DNA of 64,000 nucleotides from Haliotis rufescens (lineage: Eukaryota): contig NW_025963909.1 of assembly GCF_023055435.1 (NCBI RefSeq), positions 1-64,000 of the forward strand, written 5' to 3'. Shown here in pieces: positions 35,853 through 49,799 of the stretch. A program made the position numbers and the translations under genes. Every line of letters starts with the position of its first letter. The first letter of the stretch is position 1. The notes beneath the pieces were generated by a model. That model ran no database searches, was not told the origin of the DNA, and saw nothing but the letters and a program-made list of their open reading frames with translations.

Positions 35853-37380
35853 TTATAAACCTATTCAGATTGATTTGATATTTTGGTATCATGTCTGGTT
35901 TGCCTCCTATTTACAAATGATAATCATGCTACTAATTGTTAGATATCAATGTATGTACCTTCAATTTGTTTAAGGTATTGTTGGAAGGTAAATATATGTT
36001 ATCATTGTTTGACGTTTTAGTTTTGTGTTACTGTTGCATTTACCATTAAATCCACATCAGAGGGAATAATAAGTAGTAAATATCTACAGGAACAGATTCC
36101 ATAGGGTGTAAAAGAGTGATGACAATTTTATCAACTGATCACTGACAATAAGTGATGACACCAGGTGTTCGCATAAATGGAAAGCTTGTCCTGCCCCTGG
36201 TAGTACCAACAATTCACTCAATTTTATTAAAAACGTAATCAGATATTGTGGACAAAAATGCTTTCCTTGAAACTAAATGTCAAGTAGACACAAAAGGCTT
36301 ATTTCAAATCCCAACTTGAAAGTCATTTTGCTGAGACCATAATTCCAGAGCATATCTGAAGAAAATGAGAAAATAGTTAACTTCTACTAGCATGTTATTT
36401 GGGTGTCAAATGATTTTGTATAATGGACAAGAAAATCCTACTCTCCTCATCCTTGCTGGCTTGTCTATTGCCTCTCTCTAGCTTGGCACAATGGCAGCTG
36501 ACAATCATTACATGGCTGACTGCCTCCAAGGTAAAGTGGACAGAGCCGGCAAGAGAAAGTTCGGAGATCAATCCCGGTTGCCATATCAAAAGGCGTTAAA
36601 ATGTGGTACATGTTGTTACCCTTCCTGGCACTCAGCATTATCGGGACAACACTGGTCAGTTCTTAGTCAATATACTGTATCCATATTAAAACTGTGACAT
36701 GGTAGCTCAGTGGACTAGTCCGGACTAGTATCCGCACACACCCCCACATGTGCACATGACTATGTAACTGTAATGATCTGGAATTCAACATTTAACCCGA
36801 TTTCACCTGACCTCACCTCATTATATGACTGAAATAAACAACCTTCAAACCAAAGTAGTTGAACAACCATATCTGTCTTAGTGATGGGACATTTTCAAAT
36901 GTAAGTCTATCCAAACTTTTGAAACATAGAAATAAGTTAATTCAAATAGTATTTGACTGCAGATAGTGTGTACTGAATGATGTGTTTACTGTCGATGTAA
37001 TGAATACTGTCAAATGTCCCTCCTGGGGTTCCATCCAATACTGGGACCCTGACAACGGTGACAACACAATCATGTTTATTATCCTTGAGGGAACACATAT
37101 ACAAATAAATAGTCATTTACCAGCAAATCTATTTTGATGACTCGCTGACCACATACACCAAAAAAGCAGCCTGTCGCAATCCTGCCGAAATGTTAATATT
37201 CACAGTGTTTGAAACAAACACATTAAACTGATGGTAAGATAGTGTGGATAATCTGCTTCTTTATTACAACTGTAGCAAGGTCATCCATTCTAACTTGCCA
37301 GTTACACATCAAACTTATAAATGACACTCAAAGATATGGAAAATTATAAACATTGCCCATTGACATTCCTATTAACAGGC

Positions 37381-37552
37381 GGGGCCGTCGGGTAGCCTAG
37401 TGGTTAAAGCATTCGCTCGTCACGCCGAAGACCGGGCGGGTTCGAATCCCGACATGGGTACAATGTGTGAAGCCCATTTCCGGTGTTCCCCGCCGTGATA
37501 TTGCTGGAATATTGCTAAAAGCGGCGTAAAACCAAACTCACTCACTCAATCA
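37381..37552 (+). mobile_element. SINE family B
   Basis: Matches 32969 copy; flanked by ttaacaggcg direct repeats. Confidence 0.85.
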
Positions 37553-39229
37553 CTTTTAACAGGCGATGTTGTATTATACGCACTCATCACCGAGTTTGGT
37601 TCAAGACATGCTTTAGCCTCCTGCCTGGATTAAATGCAGGAATGTAAACACTCGGGATAGTCAGGATGCATGGGCTCCGTGTAGCTTTGCATTGTGATAA
37701 TGGGTTAATTCTCAAATTGATTAATAAAGCGTAGTAAGTCGTTTCTTTATCACGTTAATGGTGTAGTAAAGCCTTGTAATATCAACATAGGGAAACCTAG
37801 TCTGTGGTCTTGTTTTACTGTGACGGTGAGTGTGAGGAAACAATTTCCATTCTGCACGTCTGTGCCTGACACGAACGGGAGACGCGCATGGTTACGATCT
37901 CAGGTCAGTGGTTGAAATCCTACTGCGTTACATTTGGCTTCAAGGGTTCTCTCCCCTTGATCAGAAGTCCACTCCGTGGCTGAACCCGTATGTTCGTCTG
38001 ATGCTCTCCCTTGCTCCTGTTGGGTTATACTGTTAAAAGATAAAATGATATACAGAAACTCAGTTTAGCCACGTTAGTTACACTTCCTTTATAGGTAGAT
38101 GAGGTGTAATTAGTGGCACTTAATTAGAGCTGGGGCGATCTAGATTTACCAAATCATTCTAGACTTCATTATCTAAATATATATTGCCACGAGTCAATTG
38201 TTAACCGGAATCCAGATCAACACGATGTAAACCTGTACCATCACATTAGCGTTATTCGTATCTTTGGTTAAAAGTAATCATTGATCAGCAAAAGAAAACC
38301 CCATCATATATAACGGTTAATAATCACGGCAAATGAATATGACAATATTAATATAGCGATTACTAAGCTGCCTGGCAACAGAAAGTATACACCCATGTTT
38401 GGTGGTGGCAAAAAATGAAACAAACAAGAAGCAGATATTCGGGTGTACGGGTATTATAATTGTGTTTTCGGCCTTTAGTTTGCAGTGTTTCGGCGACTGT
38501 TTTGAGCCTAATAGCGTTTTGATCGATCCAAATTTCAAGTATACACTTTCTTTTTCCCTCTAGTTATATAAATAAATTACTATCAAGGCCGTAGTTAACC
38601 TAGGATTATTCATTTTACATTCAAGTTAACTTTCACAAGGAATTTTTTTTCTATAAAAAACCAGGGGGGCAACTGCCCCAAAACACACCCACCCACCCCA
38701 CCCCCTCTGCTCCCCCAGGCTGGCTACGGCAATGACTATCCGTGTACAAATGCAAATCAGCTTAAGCTAGCGACTGCATTAGCATACATGTAAAACGAAT
38801 CTCGTGTCGTGACAAAAAAGAAAAGAAAAAAAAATTGAAGTAAAAGTTCAATTAGTGAAGATTTGAAGTGTACCCTCGTGCATATCTACTTAGTTGTGGT
38901 TAGTGTGCAAAGTGCAGGTGTTGATGTGGTACCTCTATCACATAACGATTGAAGGAGTGTGTTGGGTAACTGCCGCCATTACGCCTAGACTGCTCGTACA
39001 TGCGTATCCATGACAACACTGCGGCCTCGCCAGCCAGCTGAAACCACACGTGAATCATCATACGTGCCCTTGGCCTTCAGTTATTAAATCAGAAACCGAG
39101 CTCTCATTTTTACCTAGGATCTTAATATTATCTTACATGATAATACGATACACTTACTCTTTAATACAGGACATGGCCCTTGCTAGCGAAATAAATGTTC
39201 AAAATTATTCAATTTTGTCTCCACTAACG

Positions 39230-39392
39230 GGGCGCGGTCGGATAACCTAGTGGTTAAAGCGTTCGCTCGTCACGCCGAAGACCCGGCTTCGATTCCCGAC
39301 ATGGGTACAATGTGTAAAGCCCATTTCTGGTGTTCCCCGCCGTGATATTGCTGGTTTATTGCTAAAAGCGGTGTAAAACCAAATTCACTCAC
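39230..39392 (+). mobile_element. SINE family B
   Basis: Matches 32969 copy; flanked by ctaacgg direct repeats. Confidence 0.85.
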
Positions 39393-40275
39393 CCTGCTAA
39401 CGGACCCAATGATTTGGTCAGGCTTTTGGTGACATACCCCTTCTTTGGAGACGAGAAGAACAGCCAAGTTGCAAATACATACCTAACATTATTGATCAAG
39501 TTAGAAATTGGGTGTATATTTTCATGTGTGCGCAATTGAAGATTGTGTTGTATTATCTGTCGTCTGCTTTCTGTACCCAACCCGTTGTCATTGAGGAGCT
39601 CGGGTGGTCTAGTGGTCTGAGGCGAAACAGGTCGTGACCCCTAGCAAGCCAGGGTAGGTGGTCGTGCATAGCCTCGCAATGATCCTTGGTCTGTTGCACC
39701 CTTATGTACTGCTTGTGTGTTTCAACAAAGTAATAAACATCGACGAATTCGCCCTTTCGGCTTCCACCTATATTAAGCTGACACGTCGTGATCCGCTTGT
39801 AACTGAACTTACTCACTCACTCCAGGGTGTGATCTAGGTGAATATGCCGAACTATTTGTAGTCATGCTGTCAAAGGTCTGAGGCGTGATGGTAGAACTGG
39901 TCGTCTGTTTAGAGCGATTGAACCATAAAGTAACTACATGAGTGTGACTGGAACTATCCGAAATCGCTGCTAGTCCACTCACTGTTTTGACACGAGTGTC
40001 CCATTCGTATAAAGCGTCGCGGGTATCTTATCTGAGTTGCGTCGTAGATCCAGTGATCAAGAGTTCGAAAACTACATCCGCCCTGCGTATAATTCGTGGT
40101 TTCTCAACACTACACACGCACCTATAAGTTTCACCAAAGTGACTTCTGAGACCTGCATCACTTTAGCCTTTCCCCCAACAGTAAGCTGACACGCTGTGAT
40201 ATAACTGGAATACTGTTAAAAGGGGCATTCAACCCATCTCACTCACTATGTCTAGCATTAATCAATAATTACATT

Positions 40276-41067
40276 TTAAAAAACCGTGTTTACCTCCATG
40301 GATCTCCTCAAGTCGTTGGAGTATTGCCGTCTCAAGCTGTCTTCGTCGTAGTTCGTCCCCATCGTCGCCATCGTCGCCATCGTCACTGCAGTCGTCGCGT
40401 CTACCTCCCTGTTGCCACTGCTGTACACTACGGGCGCACTATCCTTGATCTGAACCTTCTTGCTACTCTTCGATGTCTTAGCAGCAACTATTGGCTTCGC
40501 CACGCGTTTCTTGGGACGGGTTGCTTTCTCTGCACCATACTCCTTGTATTCATACTCTCTGTATGGGGTGATGTACTGCTTGAACTTCACCTCCTCGTAC
40601 GGTTTGTCGTAGGGTTTGTATTTATATTCCCTGTGCCTTATGTCCGGGCCAAGTGGCAACCCCATTGAGATTGGGATTTTCTCAGCAAATTGGTTTGTAT
40701 TCTTGCCATGGTACTTGTTTCGTGATTTGGAAACTTTATTCATCTCCTCATAACTCTTATACTTGTACTCCCTGTACGGGATATCGGGGCCGGTAGGCAT
40801 GGACATGGAGATGGGCAGCTTGTTGGCATAGTATGGTCCTTCTGTGACGGTGCCGCCATGGCGACTCTGGTTCGACTTGGCTCCCTGGAACCCGACGGCG
40901 ACGGCCCTGGTGGTCCTGGGCGTGTCGTATTGGTAGGGTTGGGGCTGGGGGTACGTGGGGACGAGGTTTGGGTTGTACTGGTACTGGTTCGTGGGCACAT
41001 ACGGCACAAAGTCGTCGTCAATGGGTGCGACCCGTTTTACCCACATGGGTGATAAACCTGTCGCCAT
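40276..41067 (-). CDS. Uncharacterised Tyr/Pro/Lys-rich protein (large coding exon)
   Basis: GC-rich open frame; acceptor tttttcttccag just upstream of MATGLSPMWV; internal repeat KLPISMSMPTGPDIPYREYKYK / KIPISMGLPLGPDIRHREYKYK; possible donor GAG|GTAAAC near 40293. Confidence 0.65.
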   Translation of the reverse strand: MATGLSPMWVKRVAPIDDDFVPYVPTNQYQYNPNLVPTYPQPQPYQYDTPRTTRAVAVGFQGAKSNQSRHGGTVTEGPYYANKLPISMSMPTGPDIPYREYKYKSYEEMNKVSKSRNKYHGKNTNQFAEKIPISMGLPLGPDIRHREYKYKPYDKPYEEVKFKQYITPYREYEYKEYGAEKATRPKKRVAKPIVAAKTSKSSKKVQIKDSAPVVYSSGNREVDATTAVTMATMATMGTNYDEDSLRRQYSNDLRRSMEVNTVF

Positions 41068-41101
41068 GTCCTGGCCGTTGCTGGAAGAAAAAACAGCGAT
41101 T

Positions 41102-41365
41102 AAGTTTGTTTGTTTGTTGTTTAACGCCGCACCCAGCAATATCCCAGCTATATGACGGCGGTCTGTAAATAATCGAGTCTGGATCTGATAATCCAGTGAT
41201 TGATATCATGAGCATCGATCTGCGCAATTGGGATACAATGACATGCATCAACCAAGTCAGCGAGGCTGACCACCCGATCCCGTCGGTCGCCTCTTACATC
41301 AAGCAAAGTCGCCGTTTACCGCAAGCATGGGTTGCTGAAGACCTATTCTACCCCGGATTTTCACG
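41102..41365 (-). mobile_element. SINE-like repeat, family C
   Basis: Same body as 16228; gcgattaag direct repeats on both sides. Confidence 0.75.
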
Positions 41366-41492
41366 GTCCAGCGATTAAGCACAGAGACCGACAAACTAGG
41401 AGCATTTGCGACACTCAAGAAATCTAGTAATTTCTACGACTGACTACGTAGGTTTGTAAGTATAAAAAGGGGATATCATAGCCTTGTGAGAA

Positions 41493-43048
41493 TAAACTGG
41501 GCGGCAAAAGAAAGTATAGGTAGAGTTCCATGATCGATAAGAAAATAACAAGAAGGAGTTTTCTTGTGAATTATAATATAATTTAGGGAGGGGTAACAAA
41601 TGATTGATCAACCACAGTTTGAATGAATCTGTGCAATCACAGGTAATGTAAGATCAAGGTAAACAATGATGGGGTAAGAAATTTCATTTTCAAAAGTTGT
41701 CTGAAATGTCACCAAAAAATTGTCAGACACACTACAAGTTCATTGTCGACACAGTTGCCTTCAATAGCGTGTATGACCTCAATGCATGCTGTGATACGCC
41801 GCCTCATCGATGACGTCAGTCTTCTGATGACGTGGACTGGAATCCGTTGCAACTCGTCTCTCAGGGCCTGCTGCAATTCTTGTCTGTTGACGGGAGGCTG
41901 ATGGCGTGCTCTAATCTATCTGTCAAGATGGTCCCACAGTCCCACAGATGTTCAATAGGATTCATATCGGTTGAGTGGGCAGGCCAGGGCAAAACGTCAA
42001 CGTTCTGCTGGTTTAGAAAGTTCCGAGTCAAACATGCAGTATGGGGCCTGGCATTGTCGTGTTGAAACAATGTCCCCTGCTGTTGGCTTTGTAGGAACGG
42101 AAGCACAACTGGCTGCAACACTTGGACTCTGTACTGCACAGCGTTCAGGTTTCCCTGTATAATCACTAAATCAGTCTACTGATCTCCGCAAATACCGCCC
42201 CACACCATGACACCTCCCCCGCCGAATGGATAGACCTGTCGAATACACGCCGGAGCCAAAAGTTCCCCTCTGCGTCGATAAACTCGTTCTCTGCCGTGAT
42301 TTCGAAACAAGTTAAACCGACTTTCATCAGTAAACAGCACTCGACGCCTGTTTCTCACTTGCCAGCGTCGAACCTGCCTCGCCTATCGCAGTCTCAGGCG
42401 TCGATGTTGAGCAGTCAGTACCATTCCTCGGAAAGGACGATACGCTCGGATTCCAGCAGCACGAAGTCGTCGTAGTACAGTACGTTGGCTAATGGGATGT
42501 CCCAACGCTGTTGCTGCCGTCGTCGCCGTCGCCGTTACGAATCTGTTTCGCAGGTGAATGAGCCGTATCTGACCGTCCTCCAGTGATGTTGTCACTTAGG
42601 GTCGTTCAGTTCTAGGCCTGTTCTGTGTCCTCCCTGTCTACCTATACCGTTGAATCAGCCTGGCTACTGTCAATGGTGTACAACCAAACCTTCTGCCAAT
42701 TTGGACCTGTGTTGCCCCCATTTTGGCCATACCGATGGCTCTCTCTCTGCTCCTGTCACAGTCGTGGAATTTCTTTTGTGTGCTTTCATCACGTGTGGTT
42801 ATACCCTGCAGGCGAATGCATTTATACAGCTAACTTGCACGTGCAGTTTATACCATAGGCGGGAAACCTGTTTCACCTTTTTTTTGTTACCGCACGAGCG
42901 CCGTCAAAGGTGGCGCCTTCGGGTGAGGTGTTTTTTGGTACCTGTTCCTGGGCAGTCATATACCCAAAAACCCACTTTCCACTAGTTATCGCTGTTTTTA
43001 GGAAAATTACAAATTGCCAACCTATACTTTCTTTTGCCGCTTAGTTTA
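41493..43048 (-). mobile_element. Second Tc1 transposon, decayed
   Basis: TIRs taaactgggcggcaaaagaaagtatagg / cctatactttcttttgccgcttagttta; fragments FTDESRF, FQHDNARPH and WPAHSTDMNPIEHLWD lie in different frames. Confidence 0.9.
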
Positions 43049-46000
43049 TATTAGGTTGCGCCTGATTTTATTCAACACTTACTATCCATGCTCAGTCGGA
43101 ATTGACAATTGTTGGTTATCTTGGTCATTGATAATGGAGGAGTAAGAGATAGGAAATTAAAATACGTTCTCCAATTTTCCTGCAGCTGTGTAAAGGGGTA
43201 GGTGGAGCGAGAACGATTGCTTGTGAGTCATTTGGAAGGGCGTGGTTTTAGCACAGGTCTGTTTAAACCCCAGTTAAGCTTCTACATTCACGATTTTACA
43301 TTTCATAATCAAGCTTCACTGCAAAATTGTCCAATACAGTACAGCGATTAGGTCTGTTTACGAGTATTTGAAAGAAATAATATCTCTCAATTGTCCAAAA
43401 CAGAACACCAGTTAGGCCTGTTTACGAGTATTTGATAGAAATAATATCTCTCGATGTCTTATTGTCCTATAAACATACTTACCCAAGATTTAACATAAAA
43501 ACATACATTTTGACATTATCTTTACTGTATTAGTTATCAACCACTAAGACAAGCTAATTATCATCAAGTTCTTTACCATTAAGCTAAAAATCCACATACA
43601 GAAACAAATACGCACCTCACTGGCTGATGAATAGTATTGAAATACTCTGATAGTAGATGAAGCAGTACTTCCCAATATTATGACAACGTCAGTGAACGCC
43701 AATTAGCTGCCTTCCGCTGTGTCAACAGGGAGCGTGATGTCGTGTCCTCCAGTCTCTAACGTGTTGACTTAGTACCTAGCGTTGCCTTCTTCTAAAAGGG
43801 CTCTAGTCATATAAATAAATACTTTCAGTCACACCCACATATGGGGTGACCTGGTCGCCAATACATGTTCAAATGTTTGTGAGACAGCAGCGATAGTCGA
43901 CATGGGGTGGGGGGGTGGGGGTGGGGTGTGGGGGTGGGGGGTGTGGGGGGTTGGGGGGGGGGTGTGGTGGTGGTATTGCAATGGGACTATCTTATGTTTG
44001 TTTTAATATTGACTTAGTTTACATTACACCCGTAATGAGGTCATGGATTTTACAACCTCGTGTTGTATGTTCGATGACTTTCTATGACTGGGCTCTTTTC
44101 TACACAAGTGAGTAAATGGCTGAAGGTGCTAAGCTTGCTGCGCGAACCAACAATGGAACCAGTTTACGTGGTTCTAATACTCACAGTATTTTATTGAACA
44201 CGTGCGCGCAATAACAATAATTATTTATGTCACATATAACGTTGTCGTCTATCGATATGGCACCTGATCCTGTGCACAGCGTGCCGGCAACAAATCGGGC
44301 GAAGTTACGTCGAAGGATTACATGGACCCGATAATAATGGTGTTTGCCTTTTGGATACATTAACGGATGGTCTACANNNNNNNNNNNNNNNNNNNNNNNN
44401 NNNNNNNNNNNNNNNNNNNNNNNNNNNNNNNNNNNNNNNNNNNNNNNNNNNNNNNNNNNNNNNNNNNNNNNNNNNNNNNNNNNNNNNNNNNNNNNNNNNN
44501 NNNNNNNNNNNNNNNNNNNNNNNNNNNNNNNNNNNNNNNNNNNNNNNNNNNNNNNNNNNNNNNNNNNNNNNNNNNNNNNNNNNNNNNNNTGCGCTAAGTT
44601 ATTGTGTGTGGGTGAGTGGTCACCCTGCTGTGTCATGGCGATTGTACTTTAAATAATTCAATCAAGAATTAATTTCGTGGTCAGGCTGGGTTGATTGCAG
44701 GGGGTCGTACCCCGATGGAGCCTAACGGCGCTCATGTTGCACACTGGATTGTCTGGTCCAGACTCGATTATTTATAGGCCGATGTCATGTAACTGGAATA
44801 CTGCTGAGTGCGGCGTTAAACAACAAACATCTTTTGAAAGTACCTTGGATATTTCAAAATCCTTTAAACAAATATTCTTTTTTTTACTCTCGTGTATTGC
44901 AATCACGGCTTGTCAGCTTAATGTGAAGGGAAAGCCAGAAGGGATGCATGTATCAGATGTTTACCACTTTGGTGAAACCCACGAGCACGGGTATGGTGCT
45001 GACAAACCTGGGAAGCTAATCGGNNNNNNNNNNNNNNNNNNNNNNNNNNNNNNNNNNNNNNNNNNNNNNNNNNNNNNNNNNNNNNNNNNNNNNNNNNNNN
45101 NNNNNNNNNNNNNNNNNNNNNNNNNNNNNNNNNNNNNNNNNNNNNNNNNNNNNNNNNNNNNNNNNNNNNNNNNNNNNNNNNNNNNNNNNNNNNNNNNNNN
45201 NNNNNNNNNNNNNNNNNNNNNNNNNNNNNNNNNNNNNNNNNNNNNNNNNNNNNNNNNNNNNNNNNNNNNNNNNNNNNNNNNNNNNNNNNNNNNNNNNNNN
45301 NNNNNNNNNNNNNNNNNNNNNNNNNNNNNNNNNNNNNNNNNNNNNNNNNNNNNNNNNNNNNNNNNNNNNNNNNNNNNNNNNNNNNNNNNNNNNNNNNNNN
45401 NNNNNNNNNNNNNNNNNNNNNNNNNNNNNNNNNNNNNNNNNNNNNNNNNNNNNNNNNNNNNNNNNNNNNNNNNNNNNNNNNNNNNNNNNNNNNNNNNNNN
45501 NNNNNNNNNNNNNNNNNNNNNNNNNNNNNNNNNNNNNNNNNNNNNNNNNNNNNNNNNNNNNNNNNNNNNNNNNNNNNNNNNNNNNNNNNNNNNNNNNNNN
45601 NNNNNNNNNNNNNNNNNNNNNNNNNNNNNNNNNNNNNNNNNNNNNNNNNNNNNNNNNNNNNNNNNNNNNNNNNNNNNNNNNNNNNNNNNNNNNNNNNNNN
45701 NNNNNNNNNNNNNNNNNNNNNNNNNAACGGACGCAAACCTGGGAAGCTAATCGGNNNNNNNNNNNNNNNNNNNNNNNNNNNNNNNNNNNNNNNNNNNNNN
45801 NNNNNNNNNNNNNNNNNNNNNNNNNNNNNNNNNNNNNNNNNNNNNNNNNNNNNNNNNNNNNNNNNNNNNNNNNNNNNNNNNNNNNNNNNNNNNNNNNNNN
45901 NNNNNNNNNNNNNNNNNNNNNNNNNNNNNNNNNNNNNNNNNNNNNNNNNNNNNNNNNNNNNNNNNNNNNNNNNNNNNNAACGGACGCAAACCTGGGAAGC

Positions 46001-46780
46001 TAATCGGNNNNNNNNNNNNNNNNNNNNNNNNNNNNNNNNNNNNNNNNNNNNNNNNNNNNNNNNNNNNNNNNNNNNNNNNNNNNNNNNNNNNNNNNNNNNN
46101 NNNNNNNNNNNNNNNNNNNNNNNNNNNNNNNNNNNNNAACGGACGCAAATCTGCACAGCGAATTGCGGCGCCTTAGACAACTGGGCAATCCGTTAAACCC
46201 ATCTATCGGGGGTTCCCTTTCTCTTAAATGGTTTTTAAGTGGTAAAATAATTTCCGAAAAGTACCTCTTTTTTCTTCTTCCGCTTAGTGGAAGCTTATAT
46301 GTCACCACGAAATACTTGAATAAACGCCAGAATGGCGAACGCTGCACTGAAAATCTATGCAAGCATGAACGAAAATCAAGCATTTATTTTTTTACCATAT
46401 ACACATAAAGCAGGTTTTTTTTTCAGATATCCGAAATCCAAGAGCTCAAAACAACCTTGGTTTAATTAGTTCCATATGGACTCAATAACTCGATGACTTG
46501 GTTGAAATGTAACCATGTTTATTATGTAACCACTTGGTGATATGTAACCATGGTTATTATGTAACCACTTGGTTAATATGTAACCACTTGGTTATATGTT
46601 AATATGACTTGGAAAAAATGAGACATAAAAGTATGAAAATCAATGTATTTTGAAAAGACAGATTTCAGGTTTGAACTCTGTTCTCGTGAATATTTTACGA
46701 TTCCGTCTCACTTTTCCAATGCATTAAGCAGATTAGAGTGAGCTCCCTTTGTTTACAAAGGCGATTTCTCAGTACATTTC

Positions 46781-46797
46781 TGGCGCGTCGTTTTGAA
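46781..46797 (+). promoter_or_regulatory. CDE/E2F-like plus CHR cell-cycle promoter element (putative CENP-O promoter)
   Basis: tGGCGCG-tcgt-TTTGAA with the canonical 4-nt spacer, 26 bp upstream of a candidate ATG TCT G|GTAATT first coding exon. Confidence 0.5.
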
Positions 46798-48231
46798 ACA
46801 AGGATATCACAGTTCATGAAAGATGTCTGGTAATTATTATTAGTTCATTTGCTTGTGTGTGTCCCCGGACGATGATTGTACACCGACGCCGATATCGCCC
46901 AGTGACACTTTACAGAGTTGCACACATTCCCAACAAACACAAAACACTACAGTTATGCGTACAAATGAGCAGAGAATATATCATCAGTCATATAGTATTC
47001 AACATTTGTGGTTCTTACCCACCCTTGACTAAAGATGATTATGAGACAGTAGTCTGTCAATGAAGAACAAAGACGCTAGTTATGACATACATCATTGCAT
47101 GGTATCAGCTGGGTATTATTACAGTTGAAGGGGTCGTTGTTGGCACAAGTATTAGGCCTACAGATATGTACCCACGGTACGTTTGTGTATACAGAACTGT
47201 AGCCAAGCCAAAATCAGAATACATAATCGTACCGGTACCTAAACGGCCGACGAGTCCATATTCCTCAACCCGAAACCGAAACCGGTTCATGTTGCAGTTC
47301 TCAGTTCTGGTTCATGTGATGATGAGTGCATGCTGGATAAATCTTAGACTAACATTTAGTCTCTGAAATCTTATATTACACAATATCCTTCTTGACTCTA
47401 AAAATAAAATAAAAATCCCTATGCTGATTTGAATAGAGCTAGCTTGAGCTGGCTAGACTTGCTTTTGTGTGCATTTCTAGATTATTATTTTTTCATAAAA
47501 TAAATATATTCCACGGTCATGGTGCAGGACTAGATAAATCTGTGCATCATGGAATATTAGAGTAATGTAGATGTCTTACTGTGTTTGCTCGTTTTTTATA
47601 TAGTACACTTTAATGCATCTCATACAACACTATGACAGCACTAAGGCCAGTTAAAGAAGAAGTCTTGTATCTTGTGACCTTTTTCAAAACTGATTGGGTA
47701 AGGAGGAGTTCCTTATTTTGATTTTGTAATTTGGTTGAAATTGACAAAGTAGACACAATTTATGGATGACAACTTCTTTAATACTGTAAAAGGCGACGTT
47801 TCGGTATAGACCCTTCTACCGTTGTCAAGCAAACCTTAAGGACCTTTTAAAGAAGTTGTGTCTAAATTGTGTCTACTTTGTCATCCGTCAACTTCTAAGT
47901 AATGTCTATCTGTTTGATAGAGCCCAGCAGTTAGGGAGGATTCCCCACACTCATATTTGCAATTTCAACCAATTGTTTATTGGTTGAAATTGCAAATATG
48001 AGTGTGGGGAATCCTCCCTAACTCCCGGGCTCTGTTTCAGTAGACCTACACTAACCCCTGGATCCAACCCGTGGTTCTTGCAATCCCAAGTTACCCACTC
48101 TTGGTTTTCATTAACATTTTACCAACCAATCAAACATTGATATGAGCATGATTAGGAAAAAAGGAAATGTTTGAGGGACTTTATGGACATGTGGTCGACT
48201 CAGGATTCTGCCGTTAATTTATATCTTTAGA

Positions 48232-48516
48232 GTGAGTGAGTGAGTGAGTTGGGTTTAACGCAGCTTTTAACAGTATTCCAGTTATATCGCGGCGTGTCAG
48301 CTTAATGTGGGAGGAAAGCCTGAAGTGATGCAGGTCTCAGACGTTTACCACTTCGGTGAAACCCACAAGCACGGGTATGGTGCTGACAAACCTTAGAAAC
48401 ATAATCGGCGCGAACCGGGATTCGAACCCACAATCATAGGTTTCTGGCGTGCCCAAGGGACGCCATTCTGCACAGCGAATCGCGGCGCTTTAGACGACTG
48501 GGCCACCCGTGCCCCC
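48232..48516 (-). mobile_element. SINE family D
   Basis: Near-identical to 15121-15395; tctttaga direct repeats at the flanks. Confidence 0.8.
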
Positions 48517-49799
48517 TATTTCTTTAGAAACGTAGCAGGTGGTTAGTTTAAGAGGAATTGGGAATCTCACGTAGTACCTACCTTTGAAGTCCTTATTGTC
48601 CTTATTGAGAGAGTCGGGATGTAAGGAGCGTGGTCATTGGTTGTGTTCGTTTTCCTGGTCACATGGTCCGCTGTGTCGGCTGTATACGCCTATCCTTCAT
48701 AGGGAATCGTGAGTTGTCCTTTATCCAATATCTGGTAAAGTATAGTCAGCTCCCACGTCCTGCAGCAAGACCTTTTCCCTTTCATACATCTAGTATTTTC
48801 TTGTCTTGGATAATTGTTAGATTAGTGTCAGATATGGATGGGGAGAAATAGTATAGGAGTTGGATAGGTTTGTTGTAGGATATTTTATTACGTATGTTAG
48901 AGGGGTGGATGTAATATAAAGTTCAGTTGTTGTATGACAGTTTCACATAGGCAGGGAAGTGGGGAAAGTATGTAGGTTTTTCTCTATATCATGTATATTA
49001 AGGTCAATAAGGTTTGTCCCTGTTTTCTGTTGAAGTAGTAAACTCCAGGTTAGACTTCATTCCTTTTTATGTTTATTTTTCCATGTCTATAAGTAGAGTG
49101 GATAACTTGGTCAGGAGCATTGCAGGAGATATAAGCAAAAACATACTCCTCAGGGAGAAGAGAACACAACGCAAAGCACCACAGTAAACATCAGTCATTT
49201 GCCATCTTTTCATATTGTTCTGTCACTGCGCGCCTATTAGAGGGAGCCTATTACAGATTTGGTTCCATTATACCAAATTTGGAGACGTTAGACACCTATT
49301 ACAGACACAAAGACTTCCTTTCATCAAACAGATTTTTTAGGGCTATCTTTTGCGTGTCAGTCAGTTTTTCAATGTTTAATGTTTCGCAAACTCTGTATGA
49401 GTAATTATTGGGACCGGCTGCTTCAATATTGAAACTGGTCGACAAAACACATTCTGATTGGTCCGTTCAACTGAGTAGCGTAGCAAATCGAATTGGTTAT
49501 TGAAGATTAAATATCGTGAGAACCATGGGAATGGATCCAGGGGTTTGTGTGGGTTAAGCATGTTTACCGAAACGTGAGCCCTGCAGATATAGAGGATGGA
49601 GGGTGGGGTTGGTGAGGTGGACTTCAGGAACATGTAACCATGGTAACTAAGAATATTAGTTCCATGGTCCTGTGAATGGACAGACACTGTGAGCAAAAGA
49701 CCTTAACAATAGTCAGTATTGGAAAGTGTGTTTATTTTAAGATTCAACTTATAGTCACCATCATAAATGCTTAATCTTGTTAAACAATTGTGTTTGCAG

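Noticed and set aside
34876-35973. Repetitive ORFs
   Set aside because: Minisatellite translation
44376-46140. Long ORFs and identical 29-bp islands between N runs
   Set aside because: Assembly gaps; the islands probably reflect a collapsed repeat within a SINE D-like copy
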